The notes under the pieces: generated by a model
What the model was told of the DNA's origin: nothing
The model's input: the letters and a program-made list of their open reading frames with translations, nothing else
Database searches by the model: none
Shown here: in pieces, positions 9,701 through 16,878 of the stretch
Layout of the letters: each line of letters opens with the position of its first letter
Numbering within the stretch: position 1 is the stretch's first letter
Source of the DNA: an uncultured Clostridia bacterium
GTDB taxonomy: Bacteria; Bacillota; Clostridia; Christensenellales; UBA1242
Direction of reading: 5' to 3'
DNA: 64,000 nucleotides
NCBI GenBank assembly: GCA_946496065.1
Contig: CAMMFF010000001.1
Location: 191,681 to 255,680 of the forward strand
Position numbers and translations under genes: made by a program

Positions 9701-11877
9701 CAAGTGTGTTCAAGATTAAGTTTGTTGAAGATCCTGGTGCAATGCCAGACGGAAAACAAATCTTGTATGTTTATGTGACACAAGGTTCAGAAAACAATGG
9801 ATTGTTTATCAAATCATTTGCGAGAACAGTGGAAGTTACAAAACTTAGGACAATAACTTCAGAAGATTTCATCATCACTTCAGACAGTGGTCTTGAAACT
9901 TTGGATTTTGAGTCATATTTTGCAGATTCAAATTCAAACAACATAGTTGCTGAAATCAAAATTATGAGTGCTGGAGAAATTGTTGAAACAAAGACAATTA
10001 CATTCAACAGGGATCAATATAGATTGTACATCTTGAGAGATGAGGAAGATGCAGGGTTGATTACATCTTATCCAGACAAATATGTAAATCAATACATTGT
10101 TATTTCTGAAGACCAAACAGCAACGCTCACATTCAAGGTTAACAATCTTGCAACAGCAAATGTATTGTACAGTGATGTAAGTGAAGAATTTGTCCTTCAA
10201 CGTTCAAACTGGGGTGAGGACAGCAAGATTGTTTGGGACGACGAAACGCAAACATTCTCATGGACTTATAATGGATATTATTCATTTAAAACTTCGACCG
10301 TTGCACAACAAGTCAGAGATGCAAATGTTTTGATTGAAACCACGGTTCTTTATAATGATACGACCTTGCATGAGGCTTCTGAAATCACACTGGAAACGGG
10401 TGAAGAAGTCACTGTGGAAAGTGTGCTTGAGAATTGTGCACAAATTCTTTATTTGGGAGAGCGTTATTACATAAGTTTGGAAAGTTATGAAAATCAAAGA
10501 GTTGTTGTTCAAGAAGAAACATTCGGCACAAGCACATTGTTCAAAATTGTGGCAAATGAGGGCGAGAAAACATTAATCACATTTGATGGCAGAATCAACT
10601 ATTTGGTTGACACAACTGCAATTGTCGAACCTGTTTACATTGTTGAAGTGACATATGGAGAAGAACCAAATCAAATTGTAAGGACATACACAACCACAAA
10701 AACTACATTCACTCCTTCAATCATCACAGACCAAGTAAGACTGAAAATCAGCATCAAACTTGGAAGCACAAACATTCAGTCAAAAGAATTGGTTTACACC
10801 AGTGATGATATGGTCGATTATGTTGCTTTCAATTTGTTTGAAAGTGGAAATGGAACTCAAGATTCACCATACCGCATTATCAATGTTGAACAATTTAAGA
10901 ATTTGGCAAAGCGTATGAAAAAGGACGAAGCGCTTGTTAACTACACTGAAAATGGAATGAATATCGAAGAGGAAGAACAATATTACTTCTCTTTGGAAAC
11001 CAGCATTGTTTTAAGTGAAAGTGGGGACGAGGAGAGTTACATTTCTGGTGTTCTCTTTACAGGGGAATTTGACGGAATTATTGAAGGTAACAACAACACA
11101 ATCACATACATCTCAAGCGGAACTTCAAGATTAAGTCAGGGTATCTTGGTTTCTGAAGGTTTTGTTCTTGGACCAGGAACAGAAACTTCAACAACCTTTA
11201 ACTACGGAACATCATTGTTTGAAACATTGACACAAACCTCTTCAATAAGCAATCTCAACATCAATGTGACCTATGGAACGGCAAACACAATCATTAGAAA
11301 TCATTCTTTGATGGCAGGTTTGGCAATTACAAACAATGGAAAACTTGACAATGTCAATCTTGTTGGCTTCACAAACAACTTTGTTGGTTATGTTGCACCA
11401 AACACAAGAATAATGATGGTTTACAGTGGTTTAGTTTCGAAAAATGAAGGTAGCGCTGCAACAATTTCAAACAGTGGTGTTTCAACTTCAATGATTTTGA
11501 ACGACGGAAATCAATCTCAAGTCATGTTCCTAAGCGGAATTGCGTTCATGAATTTTGCAACGATAGAAGATTGTTCTGTTGGCGGAAACGAAGATGAGAA
11601 CTATTCAATCTATATCACTTGTCAAAAAGCAACAGACACTGTTCAAGTTGCAGGTGTTGTGATCACAAATTCCACATCAGGAACTTTGAGAAATTGTTCA
11701 AACTATTTCGACATAACAGTTGAATGTACACAACAACAAAATCAGGCATCAGTTTATATCGCAGGTGTTGCTGACTATGGTAAGGGAACTTTGGAAGGTG
11801 TTTACAACTATGGAAACATTTCCACTCAGAATATTGGTTCAAGCAACTTGCACAAAGGCGACATAATTGTTGGGTAA
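637..11877 (+). CDS. giant (3,746 aa) surface lipoprotein with an FN3/Ig-like repeat array and a GLUG-like C-terminal region; putative adhesin
   Basis: Uninterrupted 3,746-codon ORF. GAGAGG SD at 623-628, 8 nt before ATG 637. N-terminus MKKFSIVLVSVMTILLSSVLMAC is a lipoprotein-type signal, followed by a BIG2-like segment. There are more than 10 copies of the FN3-like signature L(S/T)W..V..A..Y.(V/I) (e.g. near nt 1292, 2470, 3781, 5581, 7060). No LPXTG and no C-terminal TM. Confidence 0.9.
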   Translation: MKKFSIVLVSVMTILLSSVLMACSLKKAEASFSQNEIVVSLGEDVSLDNYLNVVGADKSEISYRFSNSSIVKLSGMVAIAQNSGKTFVYATYQNNNLASMQIVVKKNFSAPTDFALSETGLMTWGSVSGYFENEKNPTVAQSYVVEGTLTTYLANEPETVDEVVPIKETVSTNSFQLTDYGVYSLTVSAQGTGYFDNSSASQVQTLYYGYMDELTEEDLSWNAVDGTLSWSAVAGAKYKVKMDDVLLDDFQTSTTKDLSAYFDSADAGTHSISVLVYDEVGQKIAMESEELEIVKLDVPTANYVFSANEGGLLEIKSDSQVQKYQVSLKNTETEDVSTMNFDNSGVDIKTNLNGLASGVYEVGVSAVNESGLFYASDTFALGKIYKMPALNFVGVGENEIDGTTFNARVSTTSSLIESNVLVLGLGSNVVIEGLTVDETSKNISIEILQSGKYDLAVYNSAKSETNQIAGEDVYVINSDLSAQLKVIKVSAFDAESGITHSYVEEKSVLTFEAVENATDFDLYFWNGTDFEIVDGEKYSLETVENSVSFKFTDKIETLFEASSDEGVDVYRFKVVAKTDDDNLAIKSSLTKTLTLLSAPISAGSGNSTNKTYTWNSVNNADGYRLEIYEIDKDTYDANQDEISIDVEELSKQEETTVDASYTFSKVGYYYVRVFAVSNKANEYISSVDCLEEVFYIAEQLVNGTVQFGYDASYVNHSGFTASTGYFVKIANAENISSYELTVGSTKDDTFKISEEEFSIYLLSEDFAQGDTAVNISVIGHADDETLYVASEPTNLSIERLGAVAFENLSIDELTSTLTINEKTGATGAKIWESDSNFVDKTDGTYPVFNISKLNNFALTFTLYGTKLSGNIYQETNGKIYLDSVASTLNFTRLQAPSNFKFYDGNLTFEHAAISGTKYYVLDLNCTTPSGPVALSVKFDRTVVAVYEGTSVQLGLQSNFISYSGSTVTIKLNDLIEALKTNEQISGIYNQATEIKFSVYAYQTLSDSSVITLSSPYASVYGDSASTELSVEKMGATKLSFSNTATDYTLSWEEVDANASVASETTYQIYMDDSTYGSELSGTLSYSMSSSGFEESRYYKFYVKVSNPYYLESSNSNTISIYKLKSLTQLTLTNDAKLSYAVSTSEQDFYDYVEVKTSSTDQNKTGQIEITENGSYTLKVVGKKIENENSTVYYIDSNTTTWTLAEMNTIKPENDTVTFSNNLLSWNAFGDNAGLGSLSYIIIFKDEAGKAATYRTAETSVNLSTNSDLYEVISNLSAGNIEISVSAYLDSYSVSAGGTIYYAKDVELINGNTENNHYLYQSDSVIKKLTTPEVTEVKYVYEGLQNAQFPNIQISFVGNYGNSGRFSIYINDNDTPVLTSNISLADGKYTFTLTRENYNNNIMPGEKMTVKIMALSDTDIPSSEGSVDIVRVVDLKSLAFDAVGEKYNQNLVINFDAEHLEYTAGGVILQVTYQENGGEVKTEYLEVSVGSLSEELSYDMTSFFEQYLSKGGSIKVSGYINNYADDTNKIYYLATPTVVESSTYNVLNQVESVTKEEGGFSIDASLNNLSTIYVVEYGSTRFEVVADEGKFYFEFPNSWQNDSYDLKIFASENGYVNSVANTINFVLNRIDRVTSVTMERDDADMSEVVLSWDSVSNASGYILKMYAQSDTERTNLLYSFNTVDYHAEKGDQMNPVNGKVSYSLSEIFGENYQDLIAFGKLTAFDLLSDIDVVFDLVTIGGNGLNNSFSFVFNATIKGNGIQTTDISVDSFGSIVFVSETGVTYLYRFVDASGATELQTWKAIEATAGTTKLDASSVISTGTLFNVEIIAVGSAVEEPASSADYTFILDSMPLTTVGNDLTFVVNDEIYEVGYHELLPSSLAFTMTPNSFTNLFAGLSEDAILTESVVSFVPTEAFTSEEEMKYIYSYSFMELLSKLKESGYELSVNENFKIYFWSYRETSDVSGSYIISKPYTFTFSYVAETQFKEITKVGDLGEDSVYPEDYANSFALFNNVDVDDSLQTLGFFVRVTQLATEEGEEGGEGETFSTIKFLTKEQVTGNTYFADQSVFSINLTEIFEQEDLKTLTGTFLVEFSKIQVEISGSGTDKTYKFVLSDWLSASGDKTFEFERLPSVRTLTLSAGNLYWSPNGDKATKYYVYFIQDLNGEELGEKYNYFATTNTYYNASSFVGTESAYYLAVQSISEDPFMLPSSRVFITDASAGLDTPILVYKNQINVPLQLADGKLFFDWDANGDFYKLITSNNSYAEIATALSTTVFTSPFTFTLQDLVNNNITLRIRFTSLESGSEGVRKVFDINARYLLASLTDFATENSFDILNRLNDIYSNAGSSSVQELISKFRESVVVNGSFGIANAQKLFDDLFESVQMGSYKIEYCLLGSSKTLNSSWYNFSNSNGENVLYVNGEPSVRATKIESTTDKSINSYQILVKKSQVYDYTSGSYSLRTAENYNMKIYDDAGNQFVFAITKGISNWSLSYVGEDVPGSVTVYETNATGETTTGGDYLMFYLNHNSGDSILGRFGDVVGSGKTYKMQIYAVGTDYSASSKSEFFSLTLLGFNNTFAIADGEFVWGSVNNRKTSVIYKKNTSSEETVEEIDGNMANSRFSLAGLGYGLYDYIKFVLFGEVRDKSIFVDSEIYQVNNVYKLATPTLTNDFGYIAIDDSANIGMLGVDSATDPSLKNCYSDGSLYNYVLYNTDESLNIKFSDANSASEILYYETGITGMDLTNPDYEYKNTEETASEFFVASLGTTAALNIEDDDSLYYLKHIYCKDVTTGESSDKSVALKSEVASIKASMMDTVQNVIIENGILKWGEVTGKSGDTSLTVPSTGGADVVYKITIVQYKESNTEEGETETNVGTEYYYYTTDTSFDFTIINEDQIVATDEKTYLKATVQALALNVTDRVPMGDYVTLVEGGYAYGNLQYDGTGTYILMGNGAILRSIDRLNPVDTDSFEIVDGSLYWTYTTSSSITDEKMFFEQYSFVVTDNNGNEISGSFVVDSVKIDEPTATSVFKIKFVEDPGAMPDGKQILYVYVTQGSENNGLFIKSFARTVEVTKLRTITSEDFIITSDSGLETLDFESYFADSNSNNIVAEIKIMSAGEIVETKTITFNRDQYRLYILRDEEDAGLITSYPDKYVNQYIVISEDQTATLTFKVNNLATANVLYSDVSEEFVLQRSNWGEDSKIVWDDETQTFSWTYNGYYSFKTSTVAQQVRDANVLIETTVLYNDTTLHEASEITLETGEEVTVESVLENCAQILYLGERYYISLESYENQRVVVQEETFGTSTLFKIVANEGEKTLITFDGRINYLVDTTAIVEPVYIVEVTYGEEPNQIVRTYTTTKTTFTPSIITDQVRLKISIKLGSTNIQSKELVYTSDDMVDYVAFNLFESGNGTQDSPYRIINVEQFKNLAKRMKKDEALVNYTENGMNIEEEEQYYFSLETSIVLSESGDEESYISGVLFTGEFDGIIEGNNNTITYISSGTSRLSQGILVSEGFVLGPGTETSTTFNYGTSLFETLTQTSSISNLNINVTYGTANTIIRNHSLMAGLAITNNGKLDNVNLVGFTNNFVGYVAPNTRIMMVYSGLVSKNEGSAATISNSGVSTSMILNDGNQSQVMFLSGIAFMNFATIEDCSVGGNEDENYSIYITCQKATDTVQVAGVVITNSTSGTLRNCSNYFDITVECTQQQNQASVYIAGVADYGKGTLEGVYNYGNISTQNIGSSNLHKGDIIVG
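940..10800 (+). repeat. protein-level array of divergent ~90-100-aa FN3/Ig-like modules
   Basis: Recurrent motifs: LSWNAVDGTLSWSAVAGAKYKV, YTWNSVNNADGYRLEIY, LSWEEVDANAS..YQIYM, LSWDSVSNASGYILKMY, LYWSPNGDKATKYYVYF, LKWGEVTGKSG. The DNA copies are highly diverged, with no near-identical nucleotide repeats. Confidence 0.55.
10828..11874 (+). other. C-terminal 'GNGTxxSPYxI' head plus GLUG-like beta-helix rungs
   Basis: GNGTQDSPYRIINVEQFKNL is followed by rungs such as LMAGLAITNNGKLDNVNL, YSGLVSKNEGSAATISNSGV, VAGVVITNSTSGTLRNCSNY and IAGVADYGKGTLEGVYNYGNI (the GG/AG-x-N-x-G-x-I-x-N pattern of GLUG motifs). Confidence 0.55.
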
Positions 11878-11907
11878 CTTTCTGATTTTGTAGAATAATA
11901 GAAATTT

Positions 11908-11960
11908 AAAAAGAGTATAAATAGAATGTGAAAAAATCAATTTATACTCTTTTTTTATTA
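11908..11960 (+). terminator. terminator-like hairpin (15-bp stem, 17-nt loop, T-tract) enclosing the GTG start of the next gene
   Basis: AAAAAGAGTATAAAT (11908-11922) is the exact reverse complement of ATTTATACTCTTTTT (11940-11954). The loop AGAATGTGAAAAAATCA contains GTG 11928. T-run at 11951-11956. Confidence 0.55.
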
Positions 11961-12782
11961 CTGGTTTGTTTGCTTAGTTTTGGTGGTTGTGGACAGTCAT
12001 CTAAAGTGGACAATTCCTTAATTTTTGAGACAAATGCTTTCAGAATTGTCAGACAAGCAACCAACGATGGAAAGATTGCATTGTCTTATATTTTTCCATT
12101 AAATTCTTCCTATTTGTCTTCACTTGGGTTTGAAGAAGATGAAATCAAAACATATAGGTTTTATTTGACAACTTATGTCAATGCTTTGGCACAAAGCAAC
12201 AGAGAAAAAGAAACTGAAGGAACGGCTGTTGGTGTGTGTTCGTATTATACTGATGTTGATGGCATTGGTTTTTCTATTCAATTTGAAAATTTGGAAGCAC
12301 AGAAGAAATTTTTTGGTGTGGAAGACGATGAACAAGCCGGTTCTTCTTCAGGACGAAAGACAAGTGGTTTTTTCATCAAAAAATTGGAGATGACGACGAC
12401 CTTTCCAGTTTCTTCTTCAAAATCTGCAGGCGATTTGAAAATGATTTGTTCTATGGCAATTTCGTCTTGGTGCAATAACAGCAACATTTCGGACATTCAA
12501 AAAAAAGAGATTTTGAAAAGTTTGGACGAGACTGTTTACATCTATGATTTTGCGACACAAGAGAAAGGATTGAAATCGGAACTTATGTATCAAGATGAAT
12601 ATTTCTATCACAACTTTTTTGTCAAAACATTGGAGGATATAGAGCAAGATAACAACATAGTTTTTTGGATAACTTATGCCAATCGTCCAGTTTGGTATGC
12701 TTTTGCATTATTATTAGTTTTGTTTGGAGTTGGGACGAGTCTTGCAATATTGCGAATTAAAAAGGGAAAAAGATCCAAATGA
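11928..12782 (+). CDS. hypothetical lipoprotein with an additional C-terminal TM helix and KR tail
   Basis: GTG is the only start after the in-frame TAG at 11922-11924. N-terminus MKKSIYTLFLLLVCLLSFGGCG (lipobox FGGC). C-terminus WYAFALLLVLFGVGTSLAILRIKKGKRSK. No family recognised. Confidence 0.75.
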   Translation: MKKSIYTLFLLLVCLLSFGGCGQSSKVDNSLIFETNAFRIVRQATNDGKIALSYIFPLNSSYLSSLGFEEDEIKTYRFYLTTYVNALAQSNREKETEGTAVGVCSYYTDVDGIGFSIQFENLEAQKKFFGVEDDEQAGSSSGRKTSGFFIKKLEMTTTFPVSSSKSAGDLKMICSMAISSWCNNSNISDIQKKEILKSLDETVYIYDFATQEKGLKSELMYQDEYFYHNFFVKTLEDIEQDNNIVFWITYANRPVWYAFALLLVLFGVGTSLAILRIKKGKRSK

Positions 12783-12785
12783 CAA

Positions 12786-13103
12786 TTAAAAAGCAGTTGC
12801 AATAACAACAATCAGCACCAACAAACCAAATATTCCCAAAATCTTCCAAAGAGCATAGCCGGTCATGGACAGACTTGCTTTTCTTTGGGTCTTTGATTTT
12901 AGCAAGGAAGACAGAACATCTTGATCTTCATTGGTCAAGATTTTTCCCTTCAAACATTCATTAATGATTTTTTCTGCCTTTTGAGGATCAATGATGTATC
13001 CCATGCCAGAACTGTCAGAGGAATATTCAGTTGCTTCTCTGGAAATTCGTGTTGAAATTTCATTTGCAATTTTTTCTAACTCTTTATCGGTATAATTTCT
13101 CAT
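12786..13103 (-). CDS. small tail-anchored membrane protein, unknown function
   Basis: 105 aa. GAGAGG SD upstream of the ATG. Single C-terminal TM (ALWKILGIFGLLVLIVVIATAF). Its stop lies 3 nt from the stop of the convergent lipoprotein gene. Confidence 0.6.
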   Translation of the reverse strand: MRNYTDKELEKIANEISTRISREATEYSSDSSGMGYIIDPQKAEKIINECLKGKILTNEDQDVLSSLLKSKTQRKASLSMTGYALWKILGIFGLLVLIVVIATAF

Positions 13104-13247
13104 ATAACCTCTCTTGAGTAAATTTTAACATAGTGTTGTTGCTTTATGTCAATCATTTTTGCAAAAACATCTAAAAAAAACTATTACAAATATTGAATTT
13201 TGTCCATAACAAATGTGGTTGTGGGCAAAATTTTTTCTTATAAAATA

Positions 13248-13276
13248 TTGAGTTTTGCGTGAAAAAGTGTTATACT
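13248..13276 (+). promoter_or_regulatory. putative typA promoter TTGAGT-N17-TATACT with TGn extension
   Basis: -35 at 13248-13253. TGt at 13268-13270 precedes the -10 TATACT at 13271-13276. ATG lies 40 nt downstream, preceded by a purine-rich SD. Confidence 0.55.
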
Positions 13277-13315
13277 ATATAAGTTATAGATATTAGAGAG
13301 AAGGAAAAAGAGAAA

Positions 13316-15148
13316 ATGGTAAACGAAGGAATTAGAAATGTTGCAATTATTGCCCATGTTGACCACGGCAAAACATCATTGGTCAACGAAATGCTCAAAC
13401 AAGGGCATGTATTCAGAGAAAACCAAGTCGTTGAAGATAGAGTTATGGACAGCAATGCACTTGAAAGAGAAAGAGGTATCACAATTTTGTCAAAGAACAC
13501 CTCTTGCTTTTATAATGGCATAAAAATCAATGTCATCGACACACCGGGACACGCCGATTTTGGTGGAGAAGTTGAAAGAGTCTTAAAGATGGTTGATGGT
13601 GTGCTTTTGGTTGTTGATGCATTTGAAGGACCTATGCCTCAGACAAGATTTGTCCTTGAAAAAGCTTTGGCATTGAAACTTAAGGTTGTTGTTGTCATCA
13701 ATAAAATTGACAGACCTGATGCAAGAATTAAGGAAGTTATTGATGAAGTTTTGGAACTTTTCTTGGAACTTGACGCCGATGAAGATCAATTGAACTCACC
13801 ATTTGTTTTTGCTTCTGCAAGACAGGGCATTTCATCAACAAATCCAGATGTTCTTGGAACAGACATGAAACCTTTGTTTGAAACAATCATCAAACACATT
13901 CCAGCTCCAGAGGGAGAAATTGACAAACCTTTGAAAATGTTGGTTTCTTCTGCAGAACACAATGATTATGTTGGGAAATTGGCGGTTGGAAAGATTGACC
14001 GTGGAGAAATCAAAGTTGGACAAAATGTTGTTGTTTGCAACTATCATGATGCAACAAAGAAAGTCAGATCCAAAATTGTAAGTTTGTATGTTTATGAAGG
14101 ACTTAAAAGAGTTCCTGTTGAAAAAGCAAGTTTTGGAGAAATTGTCTGTGTTGCTGGGCTTGAAGACGTGACTATTGGTGACACAATTTGTGATGAAAAA
14201 GAAATTGAACCGATTGAGTTTGTCAAGATTGCAGAACCAAGTGTTGAAATGACATTCATGGTCAATGACAGCCCTTTTGCTGGAAGAGAAGGGAAATTTG
14301 TGACTTCAAGACATTTGAGAGATAGACTCTATAAGGAAGCGGTTAAAGACCTTTCTCTCAGAGTTGAGGATGGAGACACGGCTGAAAAGTTTAAGGTTCG
14401 TGGAAGAGGAGAAATGCATCTTTCAATTTTGATTGAAAACATGCGTAGAGATGGTTATGAATTTCAAGTTAGTCAGCCAAAAGTTTTGATCAAAGAAATC
14501 AATGGCGTTAAATGTGAACCTATTGACAGACTTTATCTTGACGTTCCAGAAGATTGCGTGGGAACAGTTATGAACAAAATGGGTGTCAGAAAAGGTGATC
14601 TTCAAAATATGACACCACATGGAAGTCGTATGAGAATGGAATTTTTGATTCCATCAAGAGGTTTGTTTGGTTTCAAATCAGAATATTTGACTGATACACG
14701 AGGCGAAGGAATTATTAATTCAATCTTCTATGATTATGAACCATATAAAGGAGAAATCAACAGAAGAGATTATGGCTCGTTGATTGCTCATGAAGAAGGC
14801 AAATCTATTGTCTATGGGCTTTACAATGCTCAAGAAAGAGGCGAATTGTTCATTGGACCAGGCGTGCCAGTTTATGCTGGAATGGTTGTTGGTTCAAACC
14901 CAAAAGGTGGAGATATTGTTGTCAATGTCTGCAAAACAAAACACCTTTCAAACTGCCGTGCCTCAGGTTCTGATGATGCTTTGAGACTTACACCACCAAG
15001 AGTTATGAGTTTGGAAGATTGTATTGAGTTCTTGGGAGATGATGAATATTTGGAAGTTACACCAAAATCAATCAGAATCAGAAAAATCATTCTTGATCAC
15101 AACTTGAGACTCAGAGAAAGAGGAAAAATGTTGCGTGGAGAAATTTAA
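13316..15148 (+). CDS. typA: translational GTPase TypA/BipA
   Basis: GTPase motifs [22 protein letters not shown] and NKIDR. 610 aa with an EF-G-like domain order typical of BipA. Confidence 0.95.
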   Translation: MVNEGIRNVAIIAHVDHGKTSLVNEMLKQGHVFRENQVVEDRVMDSNALERERGITILSKNTSCFYNGIKINVIDTPGHADFGGEVERVLKMVDGVLLVVDAFEGPMPQTRFVLEKALALKLKVVVVINKIDRPDARIKEVIDEVLELFLELDADEDQLNSPFVFASARQGISSTNPDVLGTDMKPLFETIIKHIPAPEGEIDKPLKMLVSSAEHNDYVGKLAVGKIDRGEIKVGQNVVVCNYHDATKKVRSKIVSLYVYEGLKRVPVEKASFGEIVCVAGLEDVTIGDTICDEKEIEPIEFVKIAEPSVEMTFMVNDSPFAGREGKFVTSRHLRDRLYKEAVKDLSLRVEDGDTAEKFKVRGRGEMHLSILIENMRRDGYEFQVSQPKVLIKEINGVKCEPIDRLYLDVPEDCVGTVMNKMGVRKGDLQNMTPHGSRMRMEFLIPSRGLFGFKSEYLTDTRGEGIINSIFYDYEPYKGEINRRDYGSLIAHEEGKSIVYGLYNAQERGELFIGPGVPVYAGMVVGSNPKGGDIVVNVCKTKHLSNCRASGSDDALRLTPPRVMSLEDCIEFLGDDEYLEVTPKSIRIRKIILDHNLRLRERGKMLRGEI

Positions 15149-15171
15149 GAGACTTAATGTCTCTTTTTTTC
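15147..15171 (+). terminator. rho-independent terminator after typA
   Basis: AAGAGAC-TTAAT-GTCTCTT stem-loop followed by a T7 run. Confidence 0.75.
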
Positions 15172-15202
15172 TTGTAATTCTTTTGGAGTTTAAATTTATA
15201 AA

Positions 15203-15231
15203 TTGACAAACGATTGCAATATTGTTATACT
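15203..15231 (+). promoter_or_regulatory. promoter TTGACA-N17-TATACT (TGt-extended) for the small membrane protein-dnaB unit
   Basis: Consensus -35 at 15203-15208, -10 at 15226-15231, TG at 15223-15224. Confidence 0.6.
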
Positions 15232-15251
15232 TTAACTATTAAAGGATAGAA

Positions 15252-15503
15252 ATGAGAAGCACAGAAAAACAAGAACTTAAACGAAAACTAAAAAGATTGG
15301 GACTTTTTATGCTCATCGTTTTTTTGCCGATTATGATTGTTTGCATTTTGATGGTTTGGGGGAACGTGCCTCAATGGTTGAACATTATGGTTCTTGTCAT
15401 TCTTCTTTTCATTCTTTATTTTCTTTTTGCTTGGCTTTGCACCAAACTCGATAAGAAAAAGGAAGAACGTATCAGCAAAAAGAAAGACCCGTTTTCTGAC
15501 TAG
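15252..15503 (+). CDS. small two-TM membrane protein, unknown function
   Basis: 83 aa. AAAGGA SD. Two hydrophobic helices flanked by Lys/Arg-rich ends. Its stop abuts the dnaB SD. Confidence 0.6.
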   Translation: MRSTEKQELKRKLKRLGLFMLIVFLPIMIVCILMVWGNVPQWLNIMVLVILLFILYFLFAWLCTKLDKKKEERISKKKDPFSD

Positions 15504-15514
15504 TGGAGGGTTAT

Positions 15515-16867
15515 ATGGCCGATTATAAAATTTTACCAAACAGTTTGGAAGCAGAACAAGCATTGCTTGGTTGTATTTTGTTGGATAATGATGCTCAGTC
15601 TGATATTTTTTCCAAATTAAACGTGGAAGATTTCTATTCTGAAGCACATCGCAACATCTATGACTCTATGATGAAGGTATACAACAAGAGCATTCCTGTC
15701 GACTTCGTCACACTCACAAACCAGTTGGAAGTTGAGAAAAAGTTGGAAACAATTGGCGGAATTGATTACATCACATATCTCACCAATGTTGTTCCTTCTG
15801 CGGCAAACTTTCAACATTATCTCAATATTGTCAAAAATAGCTCTGTGAGAAGACATTTGATTTCTGAAGCACAAGAAATCATTAAGTCTGCTTTTGACAG
15901 TGAAGATGGCGACAAGGCAATGAGAGAAGCAGAAAAAAGAATTTTTGATTTGTCTCAAAAAGAAACTTCTTCTGATCTTGAACATGTCGGGAAGCCTGGT
16001 GGAACTTTGACAACTGTTTTGAAACAGATTTCTGAACTTGCAGAAAACAAAGGTAAAATGAGAGGTATTCCAACAGGATATAAAGATTTTGATGCAATCA
16101 CGAATGGTTTACAAAAGAGCGATTTGATTTTGCTTGCTGCTCGTCCTGGTGTCGGAAAGACTTCCTTTGCAATGAACATTGCTGTCGATGCTGCTGTCAA
16201 TGAAGGCAAGAAAGTGGCAATTTTTGCACTTGAAATGTCAAAAGAACAACTTATGCAAAGAGCGTTATCATCACTCGCAAGGGTTAACCTTTCTCATGTT
16301 CTTAGAGGGAACATGGATTCAGAAGAATGGAAGAGAATTTGGACGGCAGAAAAGAAACTTGCTCAAAGCGGAATTTATGTCGATGATTCTTCAATGATTA
16401 CGCCATTTGAATTGATTTCGAAATGTAGAAAACTTAAGATGACAGAAGGATTGGATTTGATTGTCATCGACTATTTGCAGTTGATGACCATGGGAAAATC
16501 AAACAGAGAGTCAAGAACTCAAGAAGTCAGCGATTTGACAAGAACTTTGAAAATTGCTGCAAAAGAATTGAATGTCCCAATCATTCTTCTTTCACAACTT
16601 TCTCGTGCGGTTGAAGTGCGTGAAGATCACAGACCTGTCCTTTCAGACTTGCGTGAATCTGGTTCTATTGAACAAGATGCCGACATTGTTTTGTTCTTAT
16701 ACAATCCTGAAAAATATAACGATGTTGTCACAGAAGACGAGCCAGGCACGGTTTATCTTTTGGTTGCAAAACACAGAAGTGGTAGCACTGGAGAAGTTAA
16801 ACTCAAATGGGTTGGAGAATACACAACATATCTCAACCACGATGAAAAAATTCAAATGGAAGAATAG
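15515..16867 (+). CDS. dnaB: replicative DNA helicase DnaB (B. subtilis DnaC type)
   Basis: N-terminus LPNSLEAEQALLGCILLDN. Walker A ARPGVGKTSFAMNIA. LSDLRESGSIEQDADIV motif. I prefer ATG 15515 (GGAGGG SD 15505-15510) over the track's GTG 15503. Confidence 0.95.
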   Translation: MADYKILPNSLEAEQALLGCILLDNDAQSDIFSKLNVEDFYSEAHRNIYDSMMKVYNKSIPVDFVTLTNQLEVEKKLETIGGIDYITYLTNVVPSAANFQHYLNIVKNSSVRRHLISEAQEIIKSAFDSEDGDKAMREAEKRIFDLSQKETSSDLEHVGKPGGTLTTVLKQISELAENKGKMRGIPTGYKDFDAITNGLQKSDLILLAARPGVGKTSFAMNIAVDAAVNEGKKVAIFALEMSKEQLMQRALSSLARVNLSHVLRGNMDSEEWKRIWTAEKKLAQSGIYVDDSSMITPFELISKCRKLKMTEGLDLIVIDYLQLMTMGKSNRESRTQEVSDLTRTLKIAAKELNVPIILLSQLSRAVEVREDHRPVLSDLRESGSIEQDADIVLFLYNPEKYNDVVTEDEPGTVYLLVAKHRSGSTGEVKLKWVGEYTTYLNHDEKIQMEE

Positions 16868-16878
16868 AAGGAGTGAGC

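Noticed and set aside
11926-11931. ATGTGA 'start-stop' minimal ORFs overlapping the GTG starts at 11926-11931 and 61162-61167.
   Set aside because: There are only two occurrences of a 6-mer, which is explained by chance plus the GTG start context. No supporting structure is visible.
13147-13152. A divergent promoter for the 105-aa minus-strand gene: TTGACA (13147-13152, minus strand) with TGtTAAAAT (13122-13130).
   Set aside because: The hexamers are good but the spacer is 19 nt, outside the usual 16-18 nt range, so I did not list it as a feature.
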